A stretch of 64,000 nucleotides of DNA from Mytilus trossulus (Eukaryota). Each line of letters begins with the position of its first letter. Positions within the stretch are counted from its first letter, which is position 1. The position numbers were made by a program, and so were the translations under genes. Under the pieces are notes generated by a model. That model searched no databases. It was not told the DNA's origin and saw nothing but the letters and a program-made list of their open reading frames with translations. The stretch lies in contig NC_086378.1 in NCBI RefSeq assembly GCF_036588685.1, forward strand, positions 23,188,001-23,252,000, written 5' to 3'. Positions 1 through 13,659 of this stretch are shown here, piece by piece.

Positions 1-1514
1 TTTCGGTTAACCTTATGACTAGTTTTGTGACTTCTACACATGGCACAATATATGTTCTTGTAGTTATTACCATGGGGTTTATCCATGTTATCATTGACTG
101 GAATCGAAGAAAACACATCGGATGTACCTTCTCTGTTTCGACACTTGTATGGCAAAATATTAAAATCCATAGCTATATCTTCACATCCGTCATACACTAG
201 ATAACCATCTATACACGAGGTTGAATATCTAAATTCAACATCGATGCAGCATGGCTTTTCAAAATCAAAGTGACAACCATCGGAACAACCACAATTTTTT
301 CTTTCATCTGCTATAACATTCGTTGATACATTTACACAGAAATTACCATTTCCGGTCATAGCATAATATTGTGTGTAAATTTCCGTTAGATTTAAACGAT
401 GATTTGTCATTAATTGTGTTTCAGAAGACCGATATGACTGTGTCTTTAAATAACTATCCATAAATTCACTGTCAAAATGTTCTATTTCAAAAGTATATTC
501 AAAGTATTTCCCATCAACCACCTTTTCCTCTATAATAACAGAAGCATCGAAATACATAAACTGACGCCTGTCATCTACGTAAGCTCGCGCAGGGAATGCA
601 TTACAGAGGTAACAGTAGATATTTTTGAAAGGATATGTTGCTGTAGTTGTCCCATGTTTTTTACAAGCTGTTTTGAAATTTGGATAATCTTCATACCAAA
701 CTGATTTGCTCGTAATGTTACAATCTGTTATTACTTCTTCGACTTTAACTGGTGGGTTACATATATAACAAAAAACATTCTTAAACTCAAGGAATCTATT
801 ATTGTAATTTAGACATCCCCATTCAATATCTTTGTTGTAAGTTAGCCAAGAACCTGTTACATTACAAGTCTTTATGGTGTTGAATCCGTACATTCTAAAG
901 CAACCAGCGGTTTTCAGTATGGTAAAGTTGCTGCTTATTTTACATTTTTTGTCTATGGCTGTTTTAAGAATTTCATCTAAGGATGAAATGAAATTAAAAT
1001 CTACAAATTTGTCACACACTGAATTGAAAACCCATTGCTCATAGTAACTTTCATTATTACATTGAGCGCAAAATTTATTTTTGTAAGATATCAAAGTTTC
1101 TGAAGAAGTAACAGGCATATATTGTATCTTTTCTGATAGGGTTTTGTTACTCTCACAATTAGTTTTTAACAATGGATTTGTACCTTCGGGACAAGTCACT
1201 CTCATTAGAAATGAATCTTCGAATACGTCTTTAGGTTCGGTTTTGTGTGAAACAATGGAAGTGTTTGTGCATTCGAGTTTGAGGGAGAAAAATTTATCTG
1301 GACAGCAGGTTCCATTGAAAACACAGTTTTCATCACAAAAACATTCAGTACAAACTGATAAGTATTTTGGAATCTTTGGGACAATTTCACTGGTTTTATT
1401 ACATAACATGTTGCCGCAAATAAGAATGTATTCCTCCAAAAGGTAATCATAATCAATATCTGCAGCTCCAACTGTGAGAAAACAACAGACTAGAAAGAAC
1501 CATATCGACTTCAT
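1..1514 (-). CDS. Cys-rich class-B-like GPCR paralog copy 1, first coding exon (runs off the window edge)
   Basis: ATG at 1514, one base after the acceptor (ttttcag|gATG). Translates MKSIWFFLVCCFLTVGAADIDY...CCPDKFF...KNIYCAMCRSHKTSHKVNR with no stop seen. Colinear with copy 2 at offset 36837 and homologous to ORF 58147. Confidence 0.85.
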   Translation of the reverse strand, partial: MKSIWFFLVCCFLTVGAADIDYDYLLEEYILICGNMLCNKTSEIVPKIPKYLSVCTECFCDENCVFNGTCCPDKFFSLKLECTNTSIVSHKTEPKDVFEDSFLMRVTCPEGTNPLLKTNCESNKTLSEKIQYMPVTSSETLISYKNKFCAQCNNESYYEQWVFNSVCDKFVDFNFISSLDEILKTAIDKKCKISSNFTILKTAGCFRMYGFNTIKTCNVTGSWLTYNKDIEWGCLNYNNRFLEFKNVFCYICNPPVKVEEVITDCNITSKSVWYEDYPNFKTACKKHGTTTATYPFKNIYCYLCNAFPARAYVDDRRQFMYFDASVIIEEKVVDGKYFEYTFEIEHFDSEFMDSYLKTQSYRSSETQLMTNHRLNLTEIYTQYYAMTGNGNFCVNVSTNVIADERKNCGCSDGCHFDFEKPCCIDVEFRYSTSCIDGYLVYDGCEDIAMDFNILPYKCRNREGTSDVFSSIPVNDNMDKPHGNNYKNIYCAMCRSHKTSHKVNR

Positions 1515-2119
1515 CCTGAAAACAAAGTAGTGATGTTGTGAACACAATAGTAGGCTGATACATTTGTACCAAACATAATACTCAAATTCTTATACAAACT
1601 GATAAAGCCATGGCTAAAATAAACAAAAAAACGAAAAACATCCGGTAATTTCCTGGGTGTTGAATTTATTAAAACGGTAATCCCTCCTATAGGTTGAAAG
1701 GATATTTAGTCACAAGTGGTTACTCGAATAATTCAAGCCCTTACCGTCTCCGATTATCTCTACTCTTCGTTAATGTAGTGATCCATAATGAGCGTAAAAT
1801 GATTATTAGATAGTTCGGGATACACAAATGGGTGACCATATCTCTATAAATATGCCTCTGTTTACTATATAAATCCTTGATGTGACAATATGTGCATGCA
1901 TGGACGACGTATATATTCCTTCGAGAAAACATACCACTAATAAGTTGAAGACATGTATCTTATATTCTAGTGGGGAGGAATATGATATAATTTGACATAG
2001 CAACTATTCATAGTCATAATGAGAAATACGCTCTGAATTAATAGTTTTTATTTTATTCTCTGATGCCTTCAAGCATTTTTTTATAATATGTGTTAAAGTT
2101 ACTCAGTTGTTATGGAAAT

Positions 2120-2375
2120 GAAATCATCAAAGATACCAGGATTAAAATTTTATTTTTCCCATGACGCACGTTTAGTCTACAAAACACGCATCAGTGACGC
2201 TCAAATCAAAAGATGTTAAAAATGCAAAATACATTATGAAGTTGAAAAGTATTTAGAACCAACAATTCATAAAAGTTTTGCCAAATACAGCTTAGGAAAC
2301 ACATATATTATGTAGAAAAGCCTTAGTATTTCAAAAATTTAAAGATTTGTAAACAGTTAATTTATAATCATGAAC
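2120..2375 (-). mobile_element. Retrozyme-like repeat with degenerate hammerhead ribozyme
   Basis: Reverse complement reads gagcgtca CTGATGC gtgttttgtagac TAAAC gtgc GTC. Flanks match 60630-60908. Confidence 0.65.
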
Positions 2376-3110
2376 ATTTATATTTTATAAATGAAATTCT
2401 CTAACTCTTGTGCTATTTTCACATTTCCTGACCGATGTGAGACAAATATTTTTCCTCACAAGTGCAAAATCTGTTCTCGGCAAATGATTGCTTAAAATTT
2501 AATAGTGACTTTAAATTTTCCTTTTTTCTTTAAATTTTCTTATTGTGACCTCGAAAGCTCGGCAAAACTCGCGCTTTTAAAAATATTTAAATTTAACTGT
2601 CTGGAATTGAGAAATATCATTATACACTTGTTGCAGTTGTTAAGGTAGGAGTTGACTGAAACGTTAAAGATGTTAATAATGTAATACAATATTCATTTAA
2701 TAAGCAAGAATTTTATGACAAAATTGAAAACATTGTTTAACAAGAAAATAATCTGCTAACTGAGTCCCTGTGATCGAATTGTGCTCGCCAAGGCGGTTTT
2801 CCCTATTTCATGCAAGAATTTGATATCATTTCGGATACCGTTATTTTTGTTCCTTCGATAAATGTTTTTGTAATAACGTCCGAGATGTTCCGTGTTCTTC
2901 TAAAGATGGTTTGACAAAATGAAGTGTTCAAGTTACGTCATATGTGTTTCTTACCATGTAATACTCATATGAAATTTTAAAAATGTATATCTTCTTGCCC
3001 TATGTAATGTTATAGAAATACTTCGTAATGACTATTTTTATGACTATAATATCACATAGGAAAAGTTTCGCATCATGTAATGAAATGTTTCTTTCATGTT
3101 TAGAAGGAAT

Positions 3111-3440
3111 CACATCACATACTGAAGTTTTTACATCATGTGAAGTAAAACCACATCACATACTGAAGTTTTTACATCATGTAAAGAAAAACCACATCAC
3201 ATACTGAAGTTTTAACATCATGTAAAGAAAAACCACATCACATACTGAAGTTTTAACATCATGTAAAGAAAAACCACATCACATACTGAAGTTTTTACAT
3301 CATGTAAAGAAAAACCACATCACGTAACAATGAATTCACATCATGTAACGAAGAAACCACATCATGTAATGAAGAATTCACATCATGTAACGGAGTAACC
3401 ACATCATGTATTGAGGAATTCACATCATGTAAAGAAAAAA
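3111..3440. repeat. 41-bp minisatellite (about 20/21-bp subunits)
   Basis: cacatcacatactgaagtttttacatcatgtaaagaaaaac starts at 3111, 3152, 3193, 3234 and 3275, followed by degenerate ~21-mers. A shorter array is at 40870-41075. Confidence 0.9.
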
Positions 3441-4571
3441 ACACAACTCTCTTCCTAAATATTTTTTTATTACTGCCTGTAATATCTATTTTATACAGTA
3501 TCCTACGTTGTTAAAATGTTTTTTCATTGTTTAACCTTAAATGTTCAATGTATGTTTACCTGTTTTTGTTTAACTGTCTTTTTTATCGAGTTAAGCCATT
3601 TCAAATGATATTTTATAGCATACTTGTATGCTGAAATGTTACACTACTGTCTCAGGTTATTGGCGCCTGAAAAAATGTTTAAACCTGCTGCTATGTTTTG
3701 TACCTATCCTAAATCCGGAGCCTGTTGTTCATTGTTTGTCATCTGTTGGTGATATTCAGGGGTGTTTTCCTCGTTTCCCGTTTTTTTTATAGATTGTTTA
3801 ATTTAGTTTACACTAGTCATGCTGGTGCCCTTCATAACTGATGTTAGATGTAAGCCAATGCTCCGTGGTACAGACCGCACTTGAATTTTGTACTTTTTAT
3901 ACATATTGACTTAGATGGAGTGTTGTATCATTGGCATATATTCTTCTTATTTATATAAACAATTTATCAACAAAAGACAATGTGTTTCAGCTCTTATTAA
4001 GTCAATGCTTTTTTTTTTTGCCGATTTGTTTGAAAGTTTTCGACTGCTTTCTTGAACATTATAATAAATAGTTGAAAATTTAAGAGTAAAATATAATCAT
4101 CAACAGACATGAGCTGATATTACGTCAGCTTACATGAAGATGGATTTTTAAATTGTTCTTTTTTTTAAGAATAATGGAATTTAAATGAACATTGTATCAT
4201 TTTGTGAGGTTCGGGTAAAAAAAAGGGAGAAACTGTAAAAAAAAAACCCAACAAATGTCGGCAATATAAGTTCAACAAAAAAGAAATATTAGTCATGAAT
4301 ATTATTTAAGTTGTTAATGTATGATAGTACCCATTGGAGAAGATGTACATAGAACACAGTGATCGACACTTATTTTATAAGCACAGTGGTTGGTATTAGA
4401 TATTTAAATAAGTCAAGTTAAACATTTTTTTTGTAAAATTCCGTTGTTATACTTTTATAGGCATGCTAGATGAAAAATTTTGAAAATAATTACACTTAGA
4501 AACTTAAATAAAGTAATGTTCATTCTTTTTTTTTTTTTTTATAGAAGTGTTATTTACTCCTGGGCACTTAC

Positions 4572-4815
4572 CTTGTATGTTTTAGCATCCTTTGATAATA
4601 TATCTTTTTTTTTTTAAATAATCAACACTAAGTTCTGGCTCTTCCCGGATTAATATCTCTTTGATTAACGAATTGGAAATTTTTTAAATGATTTTGTTTT
4701 TAAATGATTGCTGGTAATATAAAAACTGCATACAATTATCCGGGTTAATATAACAGTTTAATCGATTATTGATTGTGACATTTGAACAAAGTCATGTGAT
4801 ATTCCTGGCATTTTA
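4572..4815 (-). promoter_or_regulatory. Putative 5' non-coding exon/proximal promoter of GPCR copy 1
   Basis: Donor acatacaag|GTAAGT at 4571. The block aligns with 42221-42380 (-) and 55340-55610 (+). Confidence 0.6.
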
Positions 4816-5299
4816 GACATCAAACGTCAGCACACTGATGTTACTCTTAATCGTTTCAAAACATACGAACTTGGTTTGTCGTAATTATACCTGCATTTTA
4901 TTTGATTTCACGTCGTTTGAGTAGATTTTTTTCTAATTTTTTTTAGTCATGAACAGCAAAAAATAAGAAAAAAACATTTTAACATGTTTTGCTACCTTTC
5001 ATTCATAAAATTTGTTTAGTGGCATATAAATGTGTGTTTGTGTTGGCGTATTATCATTTTTTTCTCGCCTCTGACGAATGTTGTTAAATGCAGGATATAG
5101 GAATTGCTATCAGGTGTCGTAAAATAATTATATCAAGCTGTTTATATTAGAAGGTAGAAGACCTGAATGCTTCATGCCTTTTATATCGGCACATATGCAT
5201 ATTCTTTGTAATCCTTTGGTAAGCAGGTTGTGATAAAAAAAAATATTTAAAAAAACATTTAGAGTTACGATCCGTATAATTTATTTCCTTAACTTAATA

Positions 5300-5720
5300 T
5301 TCATCAATAAGCAATAAACCAAGAGCTTTAAATTGTGAAGTTAGTACCTCCCTTCGTAAATTTTACAGACGCCATCACGACTTGATTGTCCGTTTGAATT
5401 ATCAATTACACAGATGACATCTGATATATTCCCTTTGTTGATACTTCAACCTTGTTCCCTTTTCACGAATATGGTATACCATATTAGACTATTTAATTTG
5501 GTTTGTAATAGCACGAGCAACCTGAGGGTGCCGGATGTGGAGCAGCATCTGCTTACCCTTCCTTTCGAATAATCTGATATCACCCCCAGGTTTTGGTATG
5601 GTTCGTGTTACTTAGTCTTTATTTGTATGTTTCTCTTTTCTTTTATAGCCATTGCATTGTCATTTTGTTTTCGATCTATGAGTTTGAATGTCTCTTTAGA
5701 GTCTTTCGCCACTCTTTGAT
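5300..5720 (+). mobile_element. 3' fragment of a non-LTR (possibly Penelope-like) retroelement
   Basis: Degenerate SLRKFY.RHHDL peptide plus a 3' tail. Shared with 42651-42911, 43860-44275, 44490-44975 (FLRKFYGHHHDLVGRFEISVSQMIS) and 63275-63445. Confidence 0.55.
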
Positions 5721-5819
5721 TACCGAATGATGACTAATTTAAATAAGAAGTATGACACTATCATACATTAGTGTCATACTAAAGATATTGCTGAAGTGGT
5801 TGTTATTATATATATAACA

Positions 5820-6012
5820 AAGAAGAAGATATGGTATGATTGCCAATGAGACAACTTTTAACAAGAGACCAAAATTGCACAAAAATTAACAACTATAGGT
5901 CACCGTACGGCCTTCAACAATGGGCAATGCCCATACCGCATAGTCAGCAATAAAAGTCCCCGAAATAGCAATGTCAATTATTTAAACGAGAAAACTAACG
6001 GCCTCATTGATG
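5820..6012 (+). repeat. Abundant interspersed repeat (gtggtatgattgccaatgagacaact family)
   Basis: Related copies on both strands at about 3580-3950, 12285-12700, 19150-19320, 23100-23605, 25420-25497, 27585-27780, 41220-41610 and 45100-45295. Confidence 0.8.
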
Positions 6013-6015
6013 TTT

Positions 6016-6905
6016 TTCGTGGAAAGACCTTTTGTTTTTCTTCTGATTATTTTTTTACCTCTGCCGTCTGAGATGCTTTTTTGTTTTACAACATATGGAA
6101 TGGATGTTTGGCCAATGATGTTGTACAGTAATGGGGGTTTCAAAACTCACCCTGTGTGACCGAACACTTATTCTTATAATAGTTATCTCCTCGCGTCCCC
6201 TTTTTCTTGTTATCGCTATATCTCTAAAACCGTAAAATTGTTTGTTTACTCTTAAGAATGATTTGACTGGAGTGATCGGAAGACATCTTATGGGAGTTGT
6301 TTCCCTTTAAAAATTTAAGATAGACGATATGTTGGATAAATTCATACGGTATAAGTCGTAGAGGCCTACAGTCTTTTGATATGAAGTCATTGGTCTATTT
6401 GAAGGAAATTGAGGTCAAGGTCAAAGGTCAAGGTCATGTTATCGATTTTAAATTTTGCTTGTTATCGTTATTCAAAAGAAACTGTTACAGTTAATGATAT
6501 GATATGTTTGCCAAATTACTGTTTACAATAAGGGGCAACTTCAACCCATTTAAGTCGAAGTATTTTGGTCAACCCTTACAGGAGTTTTCTCCCATTTTGT
6601 ATTGGAAATCGGTATTTCTCCACAACCATACAAGTGATTGACCTCGGGTCTTTTGATTTGAGATCACTGACCTATGACATTGAAATTGAGGTCAAGGTCA
6701 AATGCCAACTTGACGTTCCAGATTTTAACCTTTCCTTTAAATTCTTTCTTGTTCATTATAAAACAATAAAGTCTTCTGCCTAGACCAATTAATCTTATTT
6801 TTTATATCAGTTTGAGGTACCAAATTACATCAACTTCAATTTCAATTTCATTCTTAATATCGAGGTGGAAAGACCTTCAATTGTTTTCTGAAGAATTGGT
6901 TTTTA
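6016..6905 (+). mobile_element. HINE/Helentron-like non-autonomous element
   Basis: ggaaagacct near both ends, a 3' caattg..aattg hairpin remnant and aaggtcaaggtca motifs as in 29486-30416. Absent from the paralogous site near 45295. Confidence 0.65.
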
Positions 6906-9575
6906 ATTTTCATTATATTTGTTAAGTTGAAGTTGTAGACATTGGAACGATGTTGTGCTGGATATATTTTGTAAACACAAATCTACAGTTCGTGAAGTCA
7001 GGTTTTTCTTTTACGATTTCTGAACTTTGTTTTTGAAAGATCTCATAATATTTCTTTTCATTCATAGATGTATTGTCGTTGAAATTTGATGCGTATGTCA
7101 TACAAGTGAGAGGTTTTGCTTGCTATAAACCCAGGCTCAATACACCGTTGTCTACTGACAATGACTGTACAAAGTCAGGCATATGACAGTTGTCCTTTCG
7201 TTTGATGTGTTTGAGCTTTGGATTTTGCCATTTGATTAGGAATTTTCCGTTTTCAATTTTCCTCGTAGTTCAGTATTTTTGTGATTTTACTTTTTGTGAT
7301 TTTTTTAAGAAGCTTCATTTCTTGTTGTTTTTAGCCCAGACGCCATCTAATTAATTATCGAGTTGACCGTATAAGCGATATAAACATACATATTGATATA
7401 AATAGATAAAGCAAACTTGTGCTGTTGGATTATTCAAGGTCTTTTGAATTTCATATTATGAATAAAAAATAAATGTTTATCATAGTTTTTACCAGTAAAG
7501 GAATGATTTTTGTGGATCGAATTAATCAATCAAATGATATACCTTTGTTTGACTTTCAATGTTAACATTCTTTTCCTTTAAATAACTTTACCCATACAAC
7601 TCACGTGCTATTCTTTTAAGCTAAAGGGTTACGTTGAAGTTCGCATGAATACGGATTCAATTAGGCCGAATTATTCACATGCAAGTGAATAATTCATAAT
7701 CAATGTTTTTAGCTTATTTTGACAACCATACTGGCTGATACAAGTTAATTATTATTTTTCATTATCGGCGTTTCATTAATGATTGCGACGTAAAGCAACC
7801 AACAATCAATCAATCATTAATGGTTGACCACTAGAAAAATTAAATATTAGATTTTTTTATATATCTCGTAGATAGTGCCCCTTTGAATGACTTATCTATT
7901 ACTTGATATGCGTCATTTCTTTTAATTCGACAAAAAAATTGAGAATAGAAATGGAGAATGTGTCAATTCATATGATCAAATAATAGATAGGGACCAAACA
8001 TGTGATGGAAATTGATTTCCCTAGTTACTGGAACAATCAAGAATGTCTGTTTGACAACAGAAGCTGTCAATTTTAAATTCGATAGTATCGCTCGCTTTAG
8101 TTCAGTGACATGTTTGTCCTCAAAGCTAAGTAATACCGCATGGGATTAAACATATTGGATTTGAACTATTAAAATTGTCTACCTTGCTTAAAATTGAAAT
8201 TGGTAGGCGTATATATTAAATTTAGTCCTGGTATCTATGATGAGTTTATTTAAAAAGCTGTCGATTAGGAGATATAATGATAGTTAAATGCTTCTGACTC
8301 AATTTCTGACAAAAGACATTTTTTCATTTGTTATTTGAACAATGAACATATGATCCAATGTTCCAAAATATTATTACATGGATAAGTTCCCGTGTTACCA
8401 TGGAAACAGCAAGTTAAGAATATTTAAATTGAACATCTAGGCACAATAGGTACTGATTACTATCATTCAATTTGACTTTTCAAGCTAGGGTATTACTTGC
8501 AGTGATACTAAAACACCTTTTGAAATGTACCTCAACTGTACTCATTCGACTCATGCAATTATCTTATTAATTTAAAAAAAAATTTATTTAAGTTGATGCA
8601 CAAGATTTTCGTCAGTTATGCTCAATGCCAATAATTTTGAAGAGCAGTTTTCATGATTCCCAAGTTATTTTTAAATAAGCGTAGTTCAATTAAACCCATT
8701 TACTCTCTCTGACTGTTAAAGAGTATGCATTGAAGTGTTTGCTTCGTGTTTTGCATGATGTAAAACAAAGAAGGAGGGTATCCTTCAAAACATTAAGACA
8801 TTGTTCTTAAGAAATCAAACAAACGGGGGATAGTAAAATTCATACTGTTTCATTACATTTGTCTGTTTATATGTAATATCAATATATTTCTGATATTTGC
8901 AACTAAGACAGCTAACTGGTATGACAAATAAACTCTCAAAAAATTACTAATGTATACAATTTTTATCCTAAATATAATCAAAGTTTCTTAACATAAAACC
9001 ATGATAAAAAAATGGGATTTAAATTGTCCATTTTTCAAATAAAACAACGATTATAAAAATTGCCTCCTGTACAATTAAGGTTAAATTTTTTTTGGTTTTT
9101 TTTAAATTTTTTTCGACTTTTTAAAAGCTTTAACATAATTTTATGCACGAATTTAAATAGCTCAAATGTTGAAATTTTGATAATCTTATATTTTTTTGTT
9201 CTACTATGAACGATAGAAAGAAGTGCGAGGGAGCGAGCTGGCGAATTATTTTATGCCTTTTCTGAAGAAAAATTTGATTGGGAATTAAAATGACTTTTTC
9301 AAGCATTAAAACAAAATAATTAAAATACAAACCACTGTCCATTATTCTTAAAATACAACATGTATGTTAAATGGCTAACTTGATCAACAGTAAATTTTCC
9401 AGACTACTCCTTATTTAAAATGCTTGTATTTTGTTCCTAAAATCTGAATAATTATCCATTGGAAAAAAGAACGTGTTGGACAAATACTGTGTACTAAGAT
9501 TGTATATAGAAGCCCTGTATAGCAGATAACCACAGATGGTAGGTATACACAAGTACTGTTTGAAGACTCTGTTTA

Positions 9576-9743
9576 TGTCTGTTGCTTGGTCCGTTTCTGT
9601 GTGCTGTTGCGTTTCGGTGTTGTGTCGTTGTTCTCCTCTTATATTTAATGCGTTTCCCTCGGTTTTGGTTTGTTGCCCCGATTTTGTTTTTTGTCCATGG
9701 ATTTATGAGTTTTGAACAGCGGTATACTACTGTTGCCTTTATT
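9576..9743 (+). mobile_element. 5'-truncated retroposon tail with target-site duplication
   Basis: Near-identical to the reverse complement of 32808-32975. TTTATGT occurs at 9572-9578 and 9742-9748. Inserted in a degenerate tandem tract (9480-10120). Confidence 0.7.
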
Positions 9744-10417
9744 TATGTGTAATGAAGTGTGTAGTAACCACCAACGGTAGATATGGACGACAATTACCAA
9801 TTACTAAGACTGTGTATAGATGCACTGTATAGACAAAGAACTGTATATAGAATGTGTATAAGAGTATTGTATTTTATGTTAACCATTGATGGTGGTTATA
9901 AATAAATTGTATTTATTTATGGTATCCACAAACGGTAGGTAAAGACAATTACTAGTCCTGCATTTAAACTGTGTATAAGAGTACTGTATCGTATGGTAAC
10001 CGCCGATGGCAGTTATCGACATATACTGTATATGATCGTAAATCTTTTATTGGAGAACTTATTGATAGGTAAACATCGATGGTTGTTCTAGATAAATCCT
10101 GTATATATAGAGCTGTATCAAGCTTGAATGTTGTGTCCAAGCTTGCCCCAAATGTTCAGGGTTTGACTTCTGCGGTTGTATAAAGCTGCGCCCTGCGGAG
10201 CGCCTGGTTGGCCATAAAATGATGATTTGTCATGTTTGGTGCACCGTTGATACAAAATATAACAATCTTGAACTTTTGTTGTAATTGTTGTAATGTAATA
10301 ATTTTTTTTTATATATATATAGCATTTTCATGCTGAAATAAGAAATTTTTCAACTTTAAAAATTTAATTTAACCATAACATTGTCATACAATTGTATATG
10401 TTTCATTTATGTTTCAG

Positions 10418-10510
10418 TTACAATGTACTGCCAACACTGTGCGAAAATCTTCCCAACACTGCACACTTTTCCACAAATTGTGGCAAGTCACTCAGTCACA
10501 TCATCACCAG
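10418..10510 (+). pseudogene. Decayed exon encoding a zinc-ribbon motif
   Basis: tttcag| ... |gtaaga boundaries and ATG at 10423. Reads MYCQHC-(1-nt frameshift)-ENLPNTAHFSTNCGKSL, i.e. CxxC...(C>S)xxC. Confidence 0.5.
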
Positions 10511-13500
10511 GTAAGAGATATATACACATGTGATTAATAAGAGCATGTGCACTTCACAAAGTCATAATTCAACATTTATAATTCCTTTAAACATGTTAAA
10601 ATCACATGATGAAAATGTTTTTTTTTAATTGGACAGATAGAATATCATGAATATATACATGAACAAACCATTCAGGGTTTCTTAAATCTTTCATTACACA
10701 ACAAAACTAGATGTTCTGAAGAACCTGAATTGCTCACCTGGCTTTAATAGGTTTATTTGAACAGGTGAAAAGACATTTGTATGTAATTACCATAGACATT
10801 AAAAAAATTGTGATTTTCCAGTTTTCAGACAATACGTTTAAATTGCTTTGAGCAGTATTGCAGTAATGCAGGCATATCCACCTGTACTCAGCGAAGCAGT
10901 TTTTTGGCTAATATCTCTGAAGTTCAGCATTAAGAGCAAATTTGATAGTAGGTGATAATAATACTTTATGTCTTAAATTTTTTAGACGAACCAAACAAGC
11001 TGTTATTGGTTTGCTGACCATGAATTAGTAATTTTAACATGTTTAAGGAAATTTATCTTGAATATAGACATGATAGATAGAGTTACACTTAAACAGCAAT
11101 AATGTTCAGCAAAATAAGATCTACAAATAAGTCAACATGACAAAAATGTTCAATTGACCTAATGAGGAGTTATTGACCTTTTAAAGTCAAATTTTACATT
11201 TATTTGTAATTTTTTAATGACTTGGATAGACTTGGGCAGGCAGTCGGTTGGGAAAAGAGCAGCCAAATGTTGTCTGTGTATTTACTCATGAACTATTCAA
11301 CCAAAGCTTTTAAAATTATAATATTTTGTCACTGACAACAAAATGGGGTCAAGATCAATAATGACAATTTTGACTTTTCCTGTTCAGGAGTTATGGTTCT
11401 TGAAAAATTGAAAAATTATGTTTCCAGTCGTGTCTGTGATTACTCATAAACCATTCAACCAAAGCTTTTTAAATTTTAATATGTTAAACAACATGGCAGA
11501 CATGGCTTACGACAGAACTTAACGGGAAAATGCAGTTTCAATTTATATTTCTGACACCATTTGGCAAAACTATGCATTATTTTATGCATCAATTGTAAAT
11601 AACAACATCAGCTGAGTGAGACAGGGTCCTTGGATCCTCTATATATGTGGCGGAACAAAATTATCCATACCTGCTGCATATGTACTTTATAATTTATTTC
11701 TGAATTGTTTACACTAGTAATTTTGGAGTCCCTTAAAGGTTGCTGTTTGGTCTGGGTCAACATGGTCAAAGCCTTGTAAAACATGCCATAATATGTCTAT
11801 CACATGTATTTGTTATTATCAGGTTAGGAACAACCCTCCCTCATGCAAGGGCCATTTATTTTTAGTTAAACTCATTTTATTATCTCTTTATTAATTTCAG
11901 CTATGTCAACCAGAAGAACTTTGAACACATTTAATGAATTAGTTTCTTTGGAGATTTTAACAGTAATTGTTAAGACTTGAAACCAGACAGAATGAAACTG
12001 AGAACATTTACAGTGTACATCAATGTACATGTAGCTTCAATATGAATCAATTGATACACTGTAAGTATTTTTTCTATGAAAGTTAAATTGGTTGTTTACA
12101 AAAGTTAGTTTTTACTAGAAAAATTTATGCTAGATATATTTGAGAATAAAATACAAGACCAAATTATATACTAAAAGTAAAACAAATACAAAAGTTTTTC
12201 TAAAAATTACTAATAGTAACATTTCCTATGGTGATATTAATTATATGATCAAATTGTTAGATACAACTACACTGTGACTAATAAAATAGAGGATGTTGTA
12301 TGATTGCCAATGATAGAAGAAATGACAGCAATTAACAACTGTAGCCGAAAGTAGGACACCATACAGCCTTAAACAATGAGTAAATCCCATACCACACAGA
12401 TAGCTATAAAAGACCCTGAAATGACAAATGTAAAACAATTCAAACAAGAAATTTGGCCTAGTTTATTTACAAAATAATGAACAAAAAACAATATGTGATA
12501 CATCAAACAACAACCACTGAATTACAGCCTCCTATATGGGGACATACATAAACATGTGGCAGGGTTAAACATGAAAACTGGTGCCCAACCCTCCCCTTAC
12601 CTGGAACAGTGGTGTAACAGTACAAAATAAGAATAAATTATAAAAATCAGTTGAAAAAGTCTTAACTCATCAGATGGATACAAATAGAAATACATTTAAC
12701 AAAAAAAAAGAGGGGATGGCCAGGTACAAGTATACACACAACTGAAAGACATTCAGTACAGATGTGAGATTATTGACTTTAAGCAAACTCAAGCTTAATA
12801 TGAGATGTGAAAAATAACCCTAGATCTGTTAGGTCCTGCAACTTTTGAACAACAGACTCCAAAAAAATCAAAATTAAAAGGGAACTCAATCTAAATTTTG
12901 TGTTAAAATTTCATGAGAAATGGTTCAAATTAAAGGAGACTATAATATTTAAGGACTATTTTTGGTCCAAGAATATAAAATGTTTGTCAACTATTCCAAA
13001 AAGACACATAATGTTTGGAAATGCATAAATTTCTTGAATGCACACATACAGTCTAAAATATATTTTTATTTGACAAAAAAACAAGGAAATTCAAGAAATT
13101 TTACAAATTTTGTCTACGTTTATTATTGTTTATTGCCATAGTAACTCTTAAATTGTTGAAAAAAAACATTATTTTCTAAATATGGTGTACCTTAGTCTAG
13201 TTTGGACAAATTTTGAAATATTTAGGATAACTGTTAAATTATCAGTAATATCTCGGCCAAATATGTTTTTTTTTTAGCCCCTTCTACTTTGAGATATTGC
13301 ACAAAGTGTTGTCATTTGAAAGGATGGATGGACAAATAATGGCATACCATATACATCCCTTACCTACTGTACATCAAAACCAGAAGTTACAAAGTAAAAA
13401 AAATGTGTTATTATATTTTCAGATCAAAATTATGTCAACCTGATCATTGGAAGTTTACCAAGTTACATGAGAAGCATTGAAAGCCTGCAGAGATTCTACA

Positions 13501-13659
13501 TGTTTACACAAATGGAATAGACTCACACTTTAAAATAACTTTCAGACAAGACTAATGTACTCTCAAACAAGGATGATTCATGTATCAATGAGTGAATTGG
13601 AGTGCATTCTAGCTGCACATGAAAATTTGTGTGCATTTTTAAATATTTATTTCCATTTT

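Larger units (their letters stand above)
1..9478. repeat. Segmental duplication, left copy (partner 36839-48109)
   Basis: Colinear similarity from tttcggttaaccttatgac (1 / 36839) to gaacgtgttg (~9478 / ~48109), apart from copy-specific indels. Confidence 0.9.

Noticed and set aside
477-1471. Short ORFs repeated at 37314-38308 and 58263-58568
   Set aside because: They are antisense or alternate-frame shadows of the GPCR exon.
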